Shown here: positions 1 through 12,290 of the stretch, one piece after another
Numbering within the stretch: position 1 is the first letter of the stretch
Layout of the letters: each line of letters starts with the position of its first letter
Source: Trichoplax adhaerens
Lineage: Eukaryota; Animalia; Placozoa
Length of the DNA stretch: 64,000 bases
Assembly (NCBI RefSeq): GCF_000150275.1
Contig: NW_002060966.1
Span: 502,650 to 566,649, forward strand
Reading direction: 5' to 3'
Made by a program: the position numbers and the translations under genes
Notes under the pieces: model-generated
Databases searched by the model: none
What the model was told of the DNA's origin: nothing
What the model saw: only the letters and a program-made list of their open reading frames with translations

Positions 1-1236
1 GACGAAGGAAAGGAATTGTGGTCATTAAGGTTCACTGTTAGAAAGGAAATCAATTGTGATTCAAAATGACGATAATCAATAGCTGCTAATGCTGACAAGC
101 CGCTTCATTCCAATTTTTTCAAACAACATCTGAACTCTACTTGTGCAGTTGCGAGTATCTAGTCGATAAACTTGAGTCCAGTTTTTCCGACTTGAACTCA
201 GTAACAAATTTGAAGGTGAGTAAATAATAATTAATTTCATTACAGATTGAATCAAGGTCGATTCTTCTTTACTGAACTCATCAACTAAGCATGGCAGTTA
301 TTGGCTATATGCAAGAGCTTTATGATCAATATAGAAAATGCACTATTACGTCAATGACTAAAATTTTAACTCAGTAATTGACTAAATTTTCTAATCGTAT
401 ATACCATACGGTATGTCTGTCATCAAGTTCGAATTAGTAAGTTACGTCTGAGTGACATGCATTAAATTCAATCTAATATGCTAGAAATTGGGTAAGTTAG
501 TGGTTGTTTGAGCATTCTTTACCCTGTAGTCTATAATTTTAAAAGTGAATTTTTTGGTCTTCCATTATTAGTATTCATACTTCATATTTTACTTAATTGC
601 CTGCACTGCAATCACACTAATACTCATAATTATGTTCAGAAGCAGTAATGTGTTAATTTTTATGATTAATAAAGTATCAGGAAGAACTGATCAATTCTTA
701 TCAGAAGAATTATAATTTGCACGATAGGTAGAAGATGTAAAGTTTCACCTTAGCTTAACAATTAGATTATTCTAACAACTTTGAAATATTTCCAATTTCT
801 ACCGTATCATATCTTCAACAGTTACTTTATTAGCAAGGTGAATATTTACCGTTATGGTAACTTGCAGTGTTTTCTACAATTACCAACTATAAGTCGTTAA
901 TGACAAATAATAAAGTTGTCAAATTAGGCAGCTAGCCGTCAGCCTTATATTCACCTTCTGTTCTGTCTCATGGAAGGTTGTCGAGTGGCATATTCTATTT
1001 CCTTCACAGTCATCCATCCTAGATTAATTCTTTATAGCTAACGACAACAGGCTAATCAAGCTATTTCAGTGGAAGTTATAATACATACCTTGACACATTT
1101 AACTAAGTGAGATTTTATTAGATATGTAAGAGATATTTTATTACACGCAAAACTTGACTTTATTTTACTTTGTTTTGCTAACTTTAAATCTTATTGCACT
1201 ATTTCTTCAAAGACTTCAATACTCCAGTAATTGCAA

Positions 1237-1249
1237 ATGGATATAATTG
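1237..1249 (+). CDS. TIR-domain protein, exon 1 (MDII, phase 1 donor GTAAGT)
   Basis: ATG at 1237. ATGGATATAATTG followed by a gtaagt donor. It joins in frame to exon 2, completing the Asp codon of the DVFISF motif. Confidence 0.45.
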
Positions 1250-1397
1250 GTAAGTAAAATTAAATTACACTAAAATGAATCAGTAAATTTCCATCATAAT
1301 AAGCGATAGTTGAGTAAAAAATTTATAAATTAAAATAAATTAAACCTGCTATCATAAATCTTATATGGTCTATACTATGTAATCATTACTGGTGTAG

Positions 1398-1561
1398 ATG
1401 TGTTTATTAGTTTTAACAGCACAAAGTATGATCAAGCAGAGTGTATAAAAGAGATTTTAGAAAATAGATTTCCAAACTTAAAAATAAGAATGCACGAAAA
1501 TCAAGTGCTTTCCGGAGATAATTTGACCCTAGAAAAGGATTATAACATCTGTTCCGCCAAG
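1398..1561 (+). CDS. TIR-domain protein, exon 2 (beta-A DVFISF to ...NICSAK)
   Basis: Translation is DVFISFNSTKYDQAECIKEILENRFPNLKIRMHENQVLSGDNLTLEKDYNICSAK. This is the canonical TIR beta-A/alpha-A/beta-B layout. Acceptor tag at 1395-1397, donor GTACTT. Confidence 0.6.
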
Positions 1562-1784
1562 GTACTTTTAACAATGATTGATTAGAAAACTTGCATTAAT
1601 GATAAAGGTCTGTTAAGATTTCCAATTAACCCTAAAAAGATAACCAAACAGAAGAAAACATAGGTTGATCAGGCTATCTTTTATCATTCTTATCCATATT
1701 TCTATAGCAGTGATATTGAATAACGAATAATGGTTCGAGGTATCGGTGATTCATAAGACTATTTTCTATACTTGATGCTTGTAG

Positions 1785-2072
1785 ATATTCATATGTTGTT
1801 TAAGTCAAGATTATGCAGACTCAGTATGCTGCTGTAAGGAACTGGAGCGGGCATTTGAACTGGCTAAGCCGATTATACCAGTTTTATTGGAAAATTTCGA
1901 TATCGAAAACGGACTAACCAATAATCTGACAAGGCAAAACTTATTCCCATATATCTGTGGCAGAAGATCTTTCAACCTAATTTATAATCAAGGTTTCAAT
2001 AGCTATTCCCTATCTGAAAATATGCTGCATCTTCTAGATTCATTAAAATCATGGGTAAGAATTACGTAATTT
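1785..2072 (+). CDS. TIR-domain protein, exon 3 (beta-C IFICCLS, SQDYADSVCCCKELE motif); ends at TAA 2070-2072, or splices at the TGG|GTAAGA donor after 2054
   Basis: Translation is IFICCLSQDYADSVCCCKELERAFELAKPIIPVLLENFDIENGLTNNLTRQNLFPYICGRRSFNLIYNQGFNSYSLSENMLHLLDSLKSW(VRIT*). It matches the TIR SxNYAxSxWCLxEL block. The acceptor is cttgtag. Confidence 0.55.
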
Positions 2073-5000
2073 ACTAGCCCAATATCAGGTTAAAAGTTTT
2101 TGAAAATTAATTTAGGATATATATCATATAAATAATAATAGAAATGGATATACCATGATTTATGATATATTCAATATGAGTTTATTCATATAATATTCAA
2201 TGTCGTGAGTTTATTCGCATTGCCTAGAAGAAATGTTTAAGAAGGCCAAGTTTATAATCTAGGTTGTAGGAAGTAATGACAGAATTTCAGCCATGAACCA
2301 ACATTCAAGCGCTTCTATTCACGACTCGGGCAATGGTAAATATTGTTTGTGTAAATGAATGAAAAGATATTTTTCCAAAGTAAAAATATTTCAATTTATT
2401 GTAGGATTAATAAGCGTAGGAATGAGCTTATAGTTTGTGCGATCTGGAATGATACAAAAATTTAACTAAATTATTTGATGGATAACTTTTGTTATTAGTA
2501 AATCACATCCAATAAAGTGATTGACGCCTATGTTATGATCGATGATATGAATACGTAAAAATATAATTATTTCAGCTTTTCATGAGCAAAGTAAATCTTC
2601 TAGGATTATTACTAAAAGCAAATACCGTAGATATAATTGTAAACAATTTCATTAAATTGATACAGTTTCACGAGAGATCACAGCATTCTAGCATAAACAT
2701 ACTTTTGGCTCTTAGTATATCAACAATGACATTTATATATTTATGTTTTTGCTGTTTAAATATAATGAACTCAAATGCGTCATCTCAAATACAAGCTTAG
2801 CAACATTTGTTTATTTTCTAATTTCACTTGATCAGACAGTCTGATAGTTTCTTATATATTATTTATCCTCAGCTAAAATAGAAAATTTTAGCTACGGTTT
2901 CTGACCAGCAAAATAAGTGCTTATAAAAAATATTTTTGAAATTGTTGTGATTTATCAAATTTATGAGCTTTAGCTAGTAACTTATTACTAGGTGCGATTT
3001 CATAATTTTAATATCATTTGTATTAGCTGCAACAGTGGAAGTACAGCAAAGCTGTGAGATGGATCCAAGGGCTGATCAAGGTTTGACGAACATACTTTTC
3101 TGCAATGACTACGCTGCATGCAGATTAGGCGTAATGTTTTTATATTAATCGCAAATAAGCTAATGAAAATCTAGATAAGATATAAACTGTTAAAGCAATT
3201 ATATACCATGACAACGTATAATAATGTTCGTTATAAAATAGTAGAATTACATCAGTTCATCAAAATAATGCAGAATTATGCAAGCGATAGAATTTCATGA
3301 TTTAGGTGGATTGGATACTTTTTAATAAATGCGTTTGTCATATATGCTAATGCTATGTGGCGAGGGTTATTTGAAGTTATTTTTAGCTAAAACCAGTTTA
3401 ATTATAGTACAATCCTTTTCAAGGCGTCTTTAAATAAAATTCGTTTAATATCATTGATATTCATATAATTTCAAAAATTCATTTTTATGTATTTAGCCGC
3501 CAATCCGGTCTCCAAGTTATGGTCCAGCCTACTAGACAAAATTAGTCAATTTTTGCCGGGATATTAGGTTGAACCTAACTCAAGAAAATCGGCCTTGCAA
3601 TATGTATCAAACTTTAGCAACAGCTTAGCTTGTAATACTTGATTTTAATCACTGGTCACTTGATGCTTATTAATTCACAATTAGCAGTACTTGCCAGTAC
3701 ACTAAAAAACTATTATTACAATTTGTTACCCTGCTTTAGTCGCAATTTGATAAAATATCGCAAACAAGATCTGATAGTTTTATCTATCATATTTACAGTA
3801 ATGATCATATATTCACCTTCAATGACTAGAAGATTATGTACAACGCATCCATTTTGATCATATTCTATACAATAAAATGGAAATTCCCAATAGTTTTATT
3901 CTTCAAAAATTAAAGCTATTCAAGTATTTTACCGATTGTAACAACTATGCTGATACCCTTTTGACTATTGAAGATTTAATTTATTTCTATGTGAACATCT
4001 TTCATAAAGTACCAGTATCAACGAAATAAATCACCCTAAGCAAGATGTTTTAATAAATATGGATCAATAGTTTACATACATATATTTCTAAACTTGTTGA
4101 TGATAGATAGAAGCGAGTAAAAATTGCTATAAAATCTAGACAAACTATTAGGATAATCATCAAGCATAAGTAATGAGTTATTCTATGCAATAAAACGCTA
4201 ATCGAACAGTCAAAAGCTTCAAATATTATTTTAAGAAACTTTAAGTGTAACTATATTTGGGCTGTGTAGTAAAATTGCACGAAATAGAAGTAAAAGAAAT
4301 CCAATCCCATTACCAGCAGAATTATAGAGGTATTATCTTGAAGCGAAGTTGGTATAACGATGTCATGCTGCGGTAGTGTTTGAAATGTTCAATTTGATTA
4401 GATAAAAGTACGAAAATGTTAATTCCGAAAATGTGATTGTAAATAAATACAAGACCCTCATTGAAAAACTATAATATCATTGCTAGTAAATTTTCCATCT
4501 AAATGAATGGTAATTAACTAATGCACTAAAATGATGGTATACTCTTAATGCAAGAAAATTGAATTACCTTGGTGGTACTGATATGGTTACATAGCGTTAT
4601 ATTTCTACAACAGCTTTGATTCGCGATTTTAGCTGTCTAAAAATTGATATATCGCGCGTTAAATTATTCATTGTTGCCATGCTACTACGCTTATGGCTAA
4701 TGATGAGAAAATTTTATACTTTCTAAATTAGCTGTTGCCATGCTGCATACAATAAACGGCATCCATTAAACATTATAGTTTATGTGCAACACATGCATAT
4801 ATGCACACTTCTTAGCGTAGGGTAGCAGCAAGTATCACTTGTAATGCCATTAAGATGTTATGTAACAAGCTAGTAACTACCGTAGAACAAATCCTATCAC
4901 TGCTGCACTAATAGTCTAACTGACTATGACCTGAAACTGTTAATTAAAAATGTTTAAATAGTTTAGTGCTAATACTTTTCAAAGTTACCTCTTTTTGCGA

Positions 5001-5315
5001 AATACTGGTGGTGAATATAATACACATTAGTGCATAGTAGTGATTATAGTATTTATCACCAAGAAACAATTTAGAGTGCAGCTTCCCTCAACGAGGTCTT
5101 AAATTTCAACTATATCTTTATATAAAATACACTAATCTAATGATTTTTAATTTTACGCAAATTTTATTTTCATTCTAAGTTTTGCGCAAGTTTTGACTAC
5201 GCCGTTATTATTTCATTATAAGAATCGTATTGAATCTTTGATTTGAAATTTTTCATTTTCTAAATAAGATTCGAATGAGGGCAGACCCTAACTCAGGATA
5301 CGCTTCGTACTTAAA

Positions 5316-6160
5316 GTGTACACAGGTAAGGTATCCTGTAGTGTAGAAACAGGCCTTGGTTCGAGAGTCGTGAAGGATTTAACTCGGGACTTGAAGGAGA
5401 GAAATTTTCATTTTTACATGGATAACTTCTTCACGAGTACCGAGTTATTTCTGGAGCGACCATCTAAGGGGGTATATTGCTGCGGAACTGCCAGGCAAAA
5501 CCGTAAAGGTTGGCCTCGAGAATTGCGTGGTAATAGAATCGTGAAGAAGCGAGGTGATAGTAAAAGTTTACAGTGCGGTACACTAGCAGCCTCAATTTGG
5601 TATGATAATAAACAAGTTCGTTCCTTGTTTATTACATGCACGAATCCATAAGCGTCAACGATAAAACTTAAACGCAAATCTGGTGATTCAATTGAGGTCG
5701 CTAGTCCATCAGTTGTACCTCATTATGTAAAGTTTATGGGAGGTGTGGGATAGGACTGATCAACTCAGAGCTGCCTATCCTACCAGGAGAAAGTCCAGAA
5801 AGTGATGGAAGTACCTTTTCTGGTTTTTATTAGATCAATCGATTGTAAATACATTCGTCTGCTTGTTGCAATCTGCTGATCACTGAAGGACAACGAGATC
5901 AGGGAAACACCGAAGGCGAGGACCGAAGCAGTTTCGAACGAAACTAGTGAAGCTACTAATTTCGACTTTCCTAGGGAGTCGAAAGCGTCTTTTTGATTCA
6001 AATAGGTTTGAAGACAATGATATACACTTGGTAGTGCCATCGAAGAAACCTCGTAGATGTCATTGCGGCGCGAAGAAGTTCAAATAAAGAAAGCAAACAA
6101 AATTGGAATGCGACTCGTGCAAGGTAAACTAGGATGAACTCTTCAACGTAACATAACATA
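5316..6160 (+). mobile_element. piggyBac-family transposase pseudogene (DDE_Tnp_1_7 remnant with stops and frameshifts)
   Basis: ORF 5316-5651 carries FYMDNFFTS...GTARQNRKGWP, diagnostic of piggyBac transposases. The YVKFMGGV(D) motif follows at about 5730-5760. A C-terminal CxxC...TxxxCxxC zinc-finger remnant (KPRRCHCGAKKFK*RKQTKLECDSCKV) lies at about 5990-6100. The frame is interrupted by stops, so it is not an intact transposase. No clear terminal inverted repeats were found. Confidence 0.6.
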
Positions 6161-9100
6161 TATATAAGCGATTAATAAATCGTCATCTATTTATCTCTTC
6201 ATCAAATTAGATTGGCTTGTGTGCTGAATGCTTCAAGCCATACCATGAAGAACTGAAGAGGATGCGAATGACTTTAGCTAAAGGCTGTAGCCACTGGGAT
6301 AGTACTAGTTTAATTTAATTTGTGTTAATTGATAATGCCCAGCTACCAAGCTCCTGTTATTGCGTTGCTTAGGTTTTAGGTTATATAAATTTTAGCTGGT
6401 ACTGTTTTTAGTTATAAATTGTGTATATTCAAGTTTCGTTATTGTTTTGAAATTTCTGGCGACAGCCACTGTGCTTCTGTAGTAATTAACGATGAATGTA
6501 GCTTATATAGTTTCCCTAGATAATGCTATTTAAAAATTTACGCTCGCATTGCCTTTTGTGTTAGTAGCTAATATGCTCCTGATAGAAATTATATACGATT
6601 GCCTTTGAGCCAGCTTCAGCTGCTTCCTCATTCCTTGTTATAATTCAGATGTAATAAATTTAAATCTTTACGTATTTCTAACTTGCAGTATGATTGTGAT
6701 ATTTGGGGGATATGCTTAAAAGCGCTGCAGAATAACATAAGCTTAGCTTTATTGATACGAAACTAACTATGCATCGTTTCAAACCTAATCAATCTCTAGG
6801 TTTAAACATTATCAATAGATCAGTTTATTACATTGCAAGTATTATAACATGAAGCTCTTGGTCTCTACATGAGTGACAAGTACAGCAAAGTGAAGGAATG
6901 AGACTAAGTAAACCTGAACAAAAGTTTTGTGTCCATTACGATTTTTTAAATAATATTGAAGATTGCAATAAGCTAAAATGATCTTAACATTTCTTCTATT
7001 ACTTCGCTTTATGCTCGTTGTAGCTTAAAATGTTTCCTGAATCAAGAGTAACATATTTTCTTGAATCATAGGCTTGTATTTTAATTTTTGATTCGATAGT
7101 TACTAACCCTGCATAAATATTAGCTTTGTTCGTTCGATAGATTGTTTATTTAAAACTAGTTAGTGTAACCTCCCAGGGAATTGTTTTTCTATACGAGAAG
7201 ACCTAACGTGTTGCTCACGTATATCTATGTAGTTTCTAAACTTCTTGAAATAATTGTTAGTGAGGATCCTGAAAGGATCCCTACTCTCGCAAGTACACTA
7301 CTTGTAAACTTTTCTATAAGTTCTATAGGGTAGTCCATAGCAATTCCTACTAACGTATAATAATATTGCTAATTTATTCAACAATAAGGGCGATATGTTA
7401 CCGTCGCCAGTGCATTATCAAACATAACTTATAGTCAAAACTTAATTATGATTTCTTCCAATTTGAACTTTTAATACTTATTGGTTAAGGTACCCAAAAA
7501 AATTTACGACTGTGCTCTCCTCTACGAATGGAACTTTATTGCTGAACTAATTTCCAACTAAAAACGATTACATCAAATGAAATTTTACAGAAATAGTATA
7601 GATACCTTACCAATAGCTCTCTACTTTTTGAATGGCGTAATCTTCGCCGAGCAAATGGCTTATAAGGACATTGTTTAAACGTAAGAGATATATGATAAAG
7701 TCAATCCATTAGAGCGGCTGCACGAAATAAAGGGTTAATTACTAAATATTCATTCTAAACTTTTATAGGAAAATGAATACGATAATTAAGAACTGATACC
7801 TCTATTTACATACGTTACTTTACGTAGGCTACTAGAAAGCTGAATTATTTGAAACTTGCATTTTCTAAACTTAAAAAGCTGCCGTGTAAATTGATTCGAT
7901 GTTTGCCTGTAGGATGATCAAATGGAGTATCAATACGAGAACGAGCTCATTTATAAGTTTTATTTGAATTAAACTTGTCGACTAGACTGGTCGAATTTGC
8001 TTTACGATGCACAATTCTATCATTGAAACCAGCAAATCTACCGATAAATAATCCCTAGTTTACACTCAAGGACATAAATTTGTGGTAGTCAGCTTGAAAT
8101 GCCCCCAATATATAAATTTATTAATCGATATTTAGTTGCTTTATCAAAGGAAAATATGTTATTTTAGTAGAAACCTTCTCGCGACATGAATTAAATACCG
8201 CTAATCCAATGATGAAGAAGAAGGTATTAATGCATAGAAGTTATTTAGTGTGACCGTGCGCCAGCAAAACACTGGAAAGATATATAAAGGGTCACGGCCC
8301 AAACACATAGAGAGTTTTTTACAGTTGATCTAGTTAGTGATCTGAGCTGATAAATAATAAAGTAACTCTAAACGCTATCGAATAGTCTCTCACTGAGATT
8401 AAGAAAGTTAGTCTTAGTCTGTACTATTCATCAAGAGTTAGTTTGAAGAATAGTCGGTGACAGTAAGTAGGTTAGTAGTTGCTAGCCTTGATAGTACAAG
8501 TGTCGCAGAGGAGATTTGTGACACATGGTTACATTAGCCAAGAAAGCAGTAAACGCCTGGCTAGAATATTGGAACAAGAAGCGAAAACTTTTGTGAATCT
8601 GGGTAGGTATCAAGATATTTTCACAAGTACAGTAAGTGTAAATTTACAAGATTAGGGGCTACATGAAGAAATTAGGAAATATGTTGGAGATAAATATTAC
8701 AAATTCCGCTAATTTGCCTCCCTGAAAGTATTTTAAAATTAAAAAGAAATAAAGTACGTCAATAGTCATGCTAAATTCACTATTATTTTACTATAGACCA
8801 CAAAAGATGGGTAAATAGATAATAAAATGAGAAAATTGGATCAAGATAGCAGGAATACTTTGAGTAGCCCTTTTATGGCCGCAAAATATATATACTGCCC
8901 TGATTTTTGCTTTAGTTAAGAACTATGGGTTTGACATATTTATACTTCATAATCTTAACGTAAAGTATACTTAACTAGATGTAACCGATCTCTAAATATC
9001 AATAGAGCTTGAAGGCAAATTTATATGCTCATATGCTTGTAGTAAATTATAATTTCCTATCTTTCCATTGCAACGAATTTTTAATCGAAAATTTGTAGCA

Positions 9101-9900
9101 TTACTCACGCAGGAATATTTTACATAAAATATTTTAGTTTTAACTAATATCGAAACATCATAACTACATTTGATAGAGTAAATTTTATATAAACATTTTA
9201 ATTAAAAAGTGATCTAAAGATTAGAATACTGCCGAAATCAGCACGTTACTTGGAATTTACGCTATTGAAGGTACTGGAGGTTTTTCAATTAATTATTTAT
9301 TATAAAATGGAACTGTTGCTAATATATAATCAAAGAAAATTCCACAAGAGTTGTTAGAGATCATTAAAAAGAACTGATTAGTTATCCGACGAAGAATTTT
9401 ATCATCCATTGCAAAATGAAAGTTGCGCTTTAGGTTGCAACTAAACTATAAAAAATTATTAGAACATTTTTTTAATTCATATTATTTCTTGTATAGAGCT
9501 AAACTTTATAAGAATAAAGTGGCATCTAGCAGATTTATTCAAAATTGATGTACTATTTTGATTATTAACGTAAAGTAACACTATAATTATTTTATCCGCT
9601 CCATTAGTGATATGTCGGATTTTTGCCTAGCTTTTTATCTTGATTGATACGAATATACTTCTTCATCGATGGAGTTATATATTCTAAAATATTTCATTGG
9701 AAGTGATGCCAATCGGTAATCCTGCAGTGTGCCGTCTTAAAATATCTGCCATCTATAAATACTTTATTGAGCATGCAGAATACGTCATTTTGTCGTTACC
9801 TAATTCAGCAAGAGTATTTTTAATACATATTACTATCAACTTTTGCTGAAATCATTACAACTTAGTATATAAGCGATTGCATAGCAGCTATCAATATTTT

Positions 9901-9965
9901 GGTAATTTAGTAAATTAGTTGGACAGTTAGTTAGTAGGTTAGTTAGTTAGTTGGTTAGTTAGTTG
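9901..9965. repeat. (GTTA/AGTT)n-type microsatellite
   Basis: agttagttagtaggttagttagttagttggttagttagtt, read directly from the sequence. Confidence 0.7.
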
Positions 9966-10164
9966 AATAATCAATTGGTTGCTTGTTCATAAAGTGAGAG
10001 GACACTTTTGTAAGGATTTCAGAAATTAAGATTTGTAAGCTTGAAACTAGCTGATGAAGTATTTTTTAGAGAATTGATCGGCGAACTATAGCTGAGGAAG
10101 TAATTTATCGACACAGTAGAAAATTTTAAAGTAAGAAGAATGAGATTTTTTCGATTTTGTTGTC

Positions 10165-10500
10165 ACGAAACAGCTTTGCAACAAGATAACGTAATGTATG
10201 ATTTATAAGTCAGTTCCTTGAACCACGTATCAAGCAACGATATCACCACTGTCATGAATACTTTACTCAACTAGCAAACTATACAAAGACTTAGACGCCT
10301 CATATTTTACGTTAAACACTTAGTTTAAGAATTAACTTTATTACCCGATTTACTGCAATTATACACTCTTCCTCAAGAGTTTATGAATCTTAGTTTGTAC
10401 GATTAACTTTGGAATAATTCACTGAATTAGATATTAATTTTAGCTACTGCTCCCTAATACAGACAACAGTATTTACGAATAAAGACATCTGATGACTAAC
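10165..10500. repeat. dispersed roughly 340 bp repeat, copy 1 (partner at 11945-12290)
   Basis: cagctttgcaacaagat(a/g)acgtaatg...gacttagacgcctcatattttacgttaaacac... and ttagctactgctccctaatacagacaacagtatttacgaa... recur at 11945-12290 at about 75-80% identity. Confidence 0.5.
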
Positions 10501-11944
10501 TATTAATTTCATTTTATGTTTATAACATTATTACATTAATATTTGCATACTAACAGATCCAATTTGTAGTGGTAAGTATATTTTATACGTATAAAATAGT
10601 TTACTACTACATCACCCAGACAGACTGTCAGAATTGTTGCTGAAACTACAAATTCAATTGGTTGTATCCCTGTTACGATGAAATTTTCTAAATTTCATCA
10701 TTCATTAGATTTTACACTTTTTATTTCGTCAAAATTCATCCAAAATTTGGTTAGTAAAAGTCATTTTTAATTTCCTATAGCATTTCGCATTGCATTAGTA
10801 TATAACTTACTTGAGCCTGTGTTGAAATAGCAGTTTTTAAATATTTTAAAGTTTTAAAAACTTTGGCATATTATTCTGATCTTTAGCTCCTAATAGCAAG
10901 GTTAAGCTGATTTGGATGGAAATAAGTCGGAATTTACTAAGTTATATTAATAAATAATACATATTTCTCTTATGGATGTACTGTTTGTTGAATTAAATAT
11001 TCACTCCACGTCCTATTAATTCAGTCAGAGTTTAAGAAATTATTTTACTAACCACAAGCACAACATTACTTACAGTTAAAGTAGAGAAATAAATTGCTTT
11101 GCTAGAGCTATAAATGCATCAAAAAGACAATTCTAATTGAAAGCAAGATAGAATGGTGATTTATCAGGTCGATGAGAGAAAAATGCAGTTACTTTTATTC
11201 TCTTCTTCTATCACAATTTCGGTCCTCATAGGCACGAATTCCCCATACAGTTGTTGATCAGCAATAAACCTTCAAGTGTCCGTTATGAGACGATGGATTG
11301 ATGAAATATAAATCTGACTTTGGACAATTTTCTAAATAATAACTGGTACGGTGGAAGGCTTATTTTAGGTTTAATCAAATGAATAAACTAATTATTTGTA
11401 CGTAGCATATTCATGAATTAAATAATTCAGGATTTTATAATTCCTGAAATTATTACAATTAATTAAATTAGCCTCTTATACTGTGAGGTTTATGATACGT
11501 TGAAAGAATACAATTTTTAAAGGGTAATTTATGATTTTAGTCACAGTCAAATAAATACCAAATTATAAAATTGGCATGAAATAGTATTGAGTTATCCTAA
11601 TAAAACTAACAACTAATCACACAACTTTACATAAATACTTCCTTAGGATTCCCTTTCAATTTGAATAATCTACTGTAGCAATCTTATTTTAACCAGATAT
11701 CGTTTTATCAGTATAGCTAATGTATACTATATTATAGAAACTCACTACAACTATTATGGTGATATAGTTAGAAAGTGTTCAATATACAAAGTCAAAAAAA
11801 ATATAGATAAGCAACACTAATAGATTATCTTCGAATAATATCAATACTGTTTACATCATATACATTTACTAGATAATAGCTACTTGATATCCAATATGAG
11901 GTACAGGTATTCAAACTTTTATGCGTGCACAGGTAAGGTAGTGT

Positions 11945-12290
11945 TATAAAACAGCTTTGCAACAAGATGACGTAATGCACGATCAATCAGTCGATTCCCT
12001 GAACCACATATCAGGGAGCAGTATCTACTCTTTCAAGAACTCTTTTTTTATACTAGTAGACTATAAAAAGACTTCTACGCCTCGTATCTTACGTTAAACA
12101 CTACTCATAAGAACTCACTTTATTATGCGATTTATCGCATTTATCGGCTCTTTTACAATAGCAAAGACATCCTAGTTAGTAATATTAACGTTGAAAACTG
12201 ATAATGAATCAAAGGCTAATTTTATCTACTGCTACCTAATGAAGACAATGGTATTTACGAACATAGACATCGAATGACTAATACAAAATT
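11945..12290. repeat. dispersed roughly 340 bp repeat, copy 2
   Basis: Homologous to 10165-10500. The two copies are about 1.78 kb apart. Confidence 0.5.

Noticed and set aside
2281-2338. Possible extra Ser-rich exon (SNDRISAMNQHSSASIHDSGN) downstream of the TIR gene
   Set aside because: The splice phase (1-1) does not fit the phase-0 end of TIR exon 3, and there is no similarity support. Left unannotated.
3040-3130. Locally GC-richer open segment (VEVQQSCEMDPRADQGLTNILFCNDYAACRLGVMFLY*)
   Set aside because: No splice-phase-compatible connection to neighbouring exons and no recognisable domain. Could be UTR or an unrelated small exon.
5414-6040. Minus-strand ORFs (5414-5677, 5780-6040)
   Set aside because: They overlap the piggyBac pseudogene on the opposite strand. 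The plus strand carries the transposase motifs.
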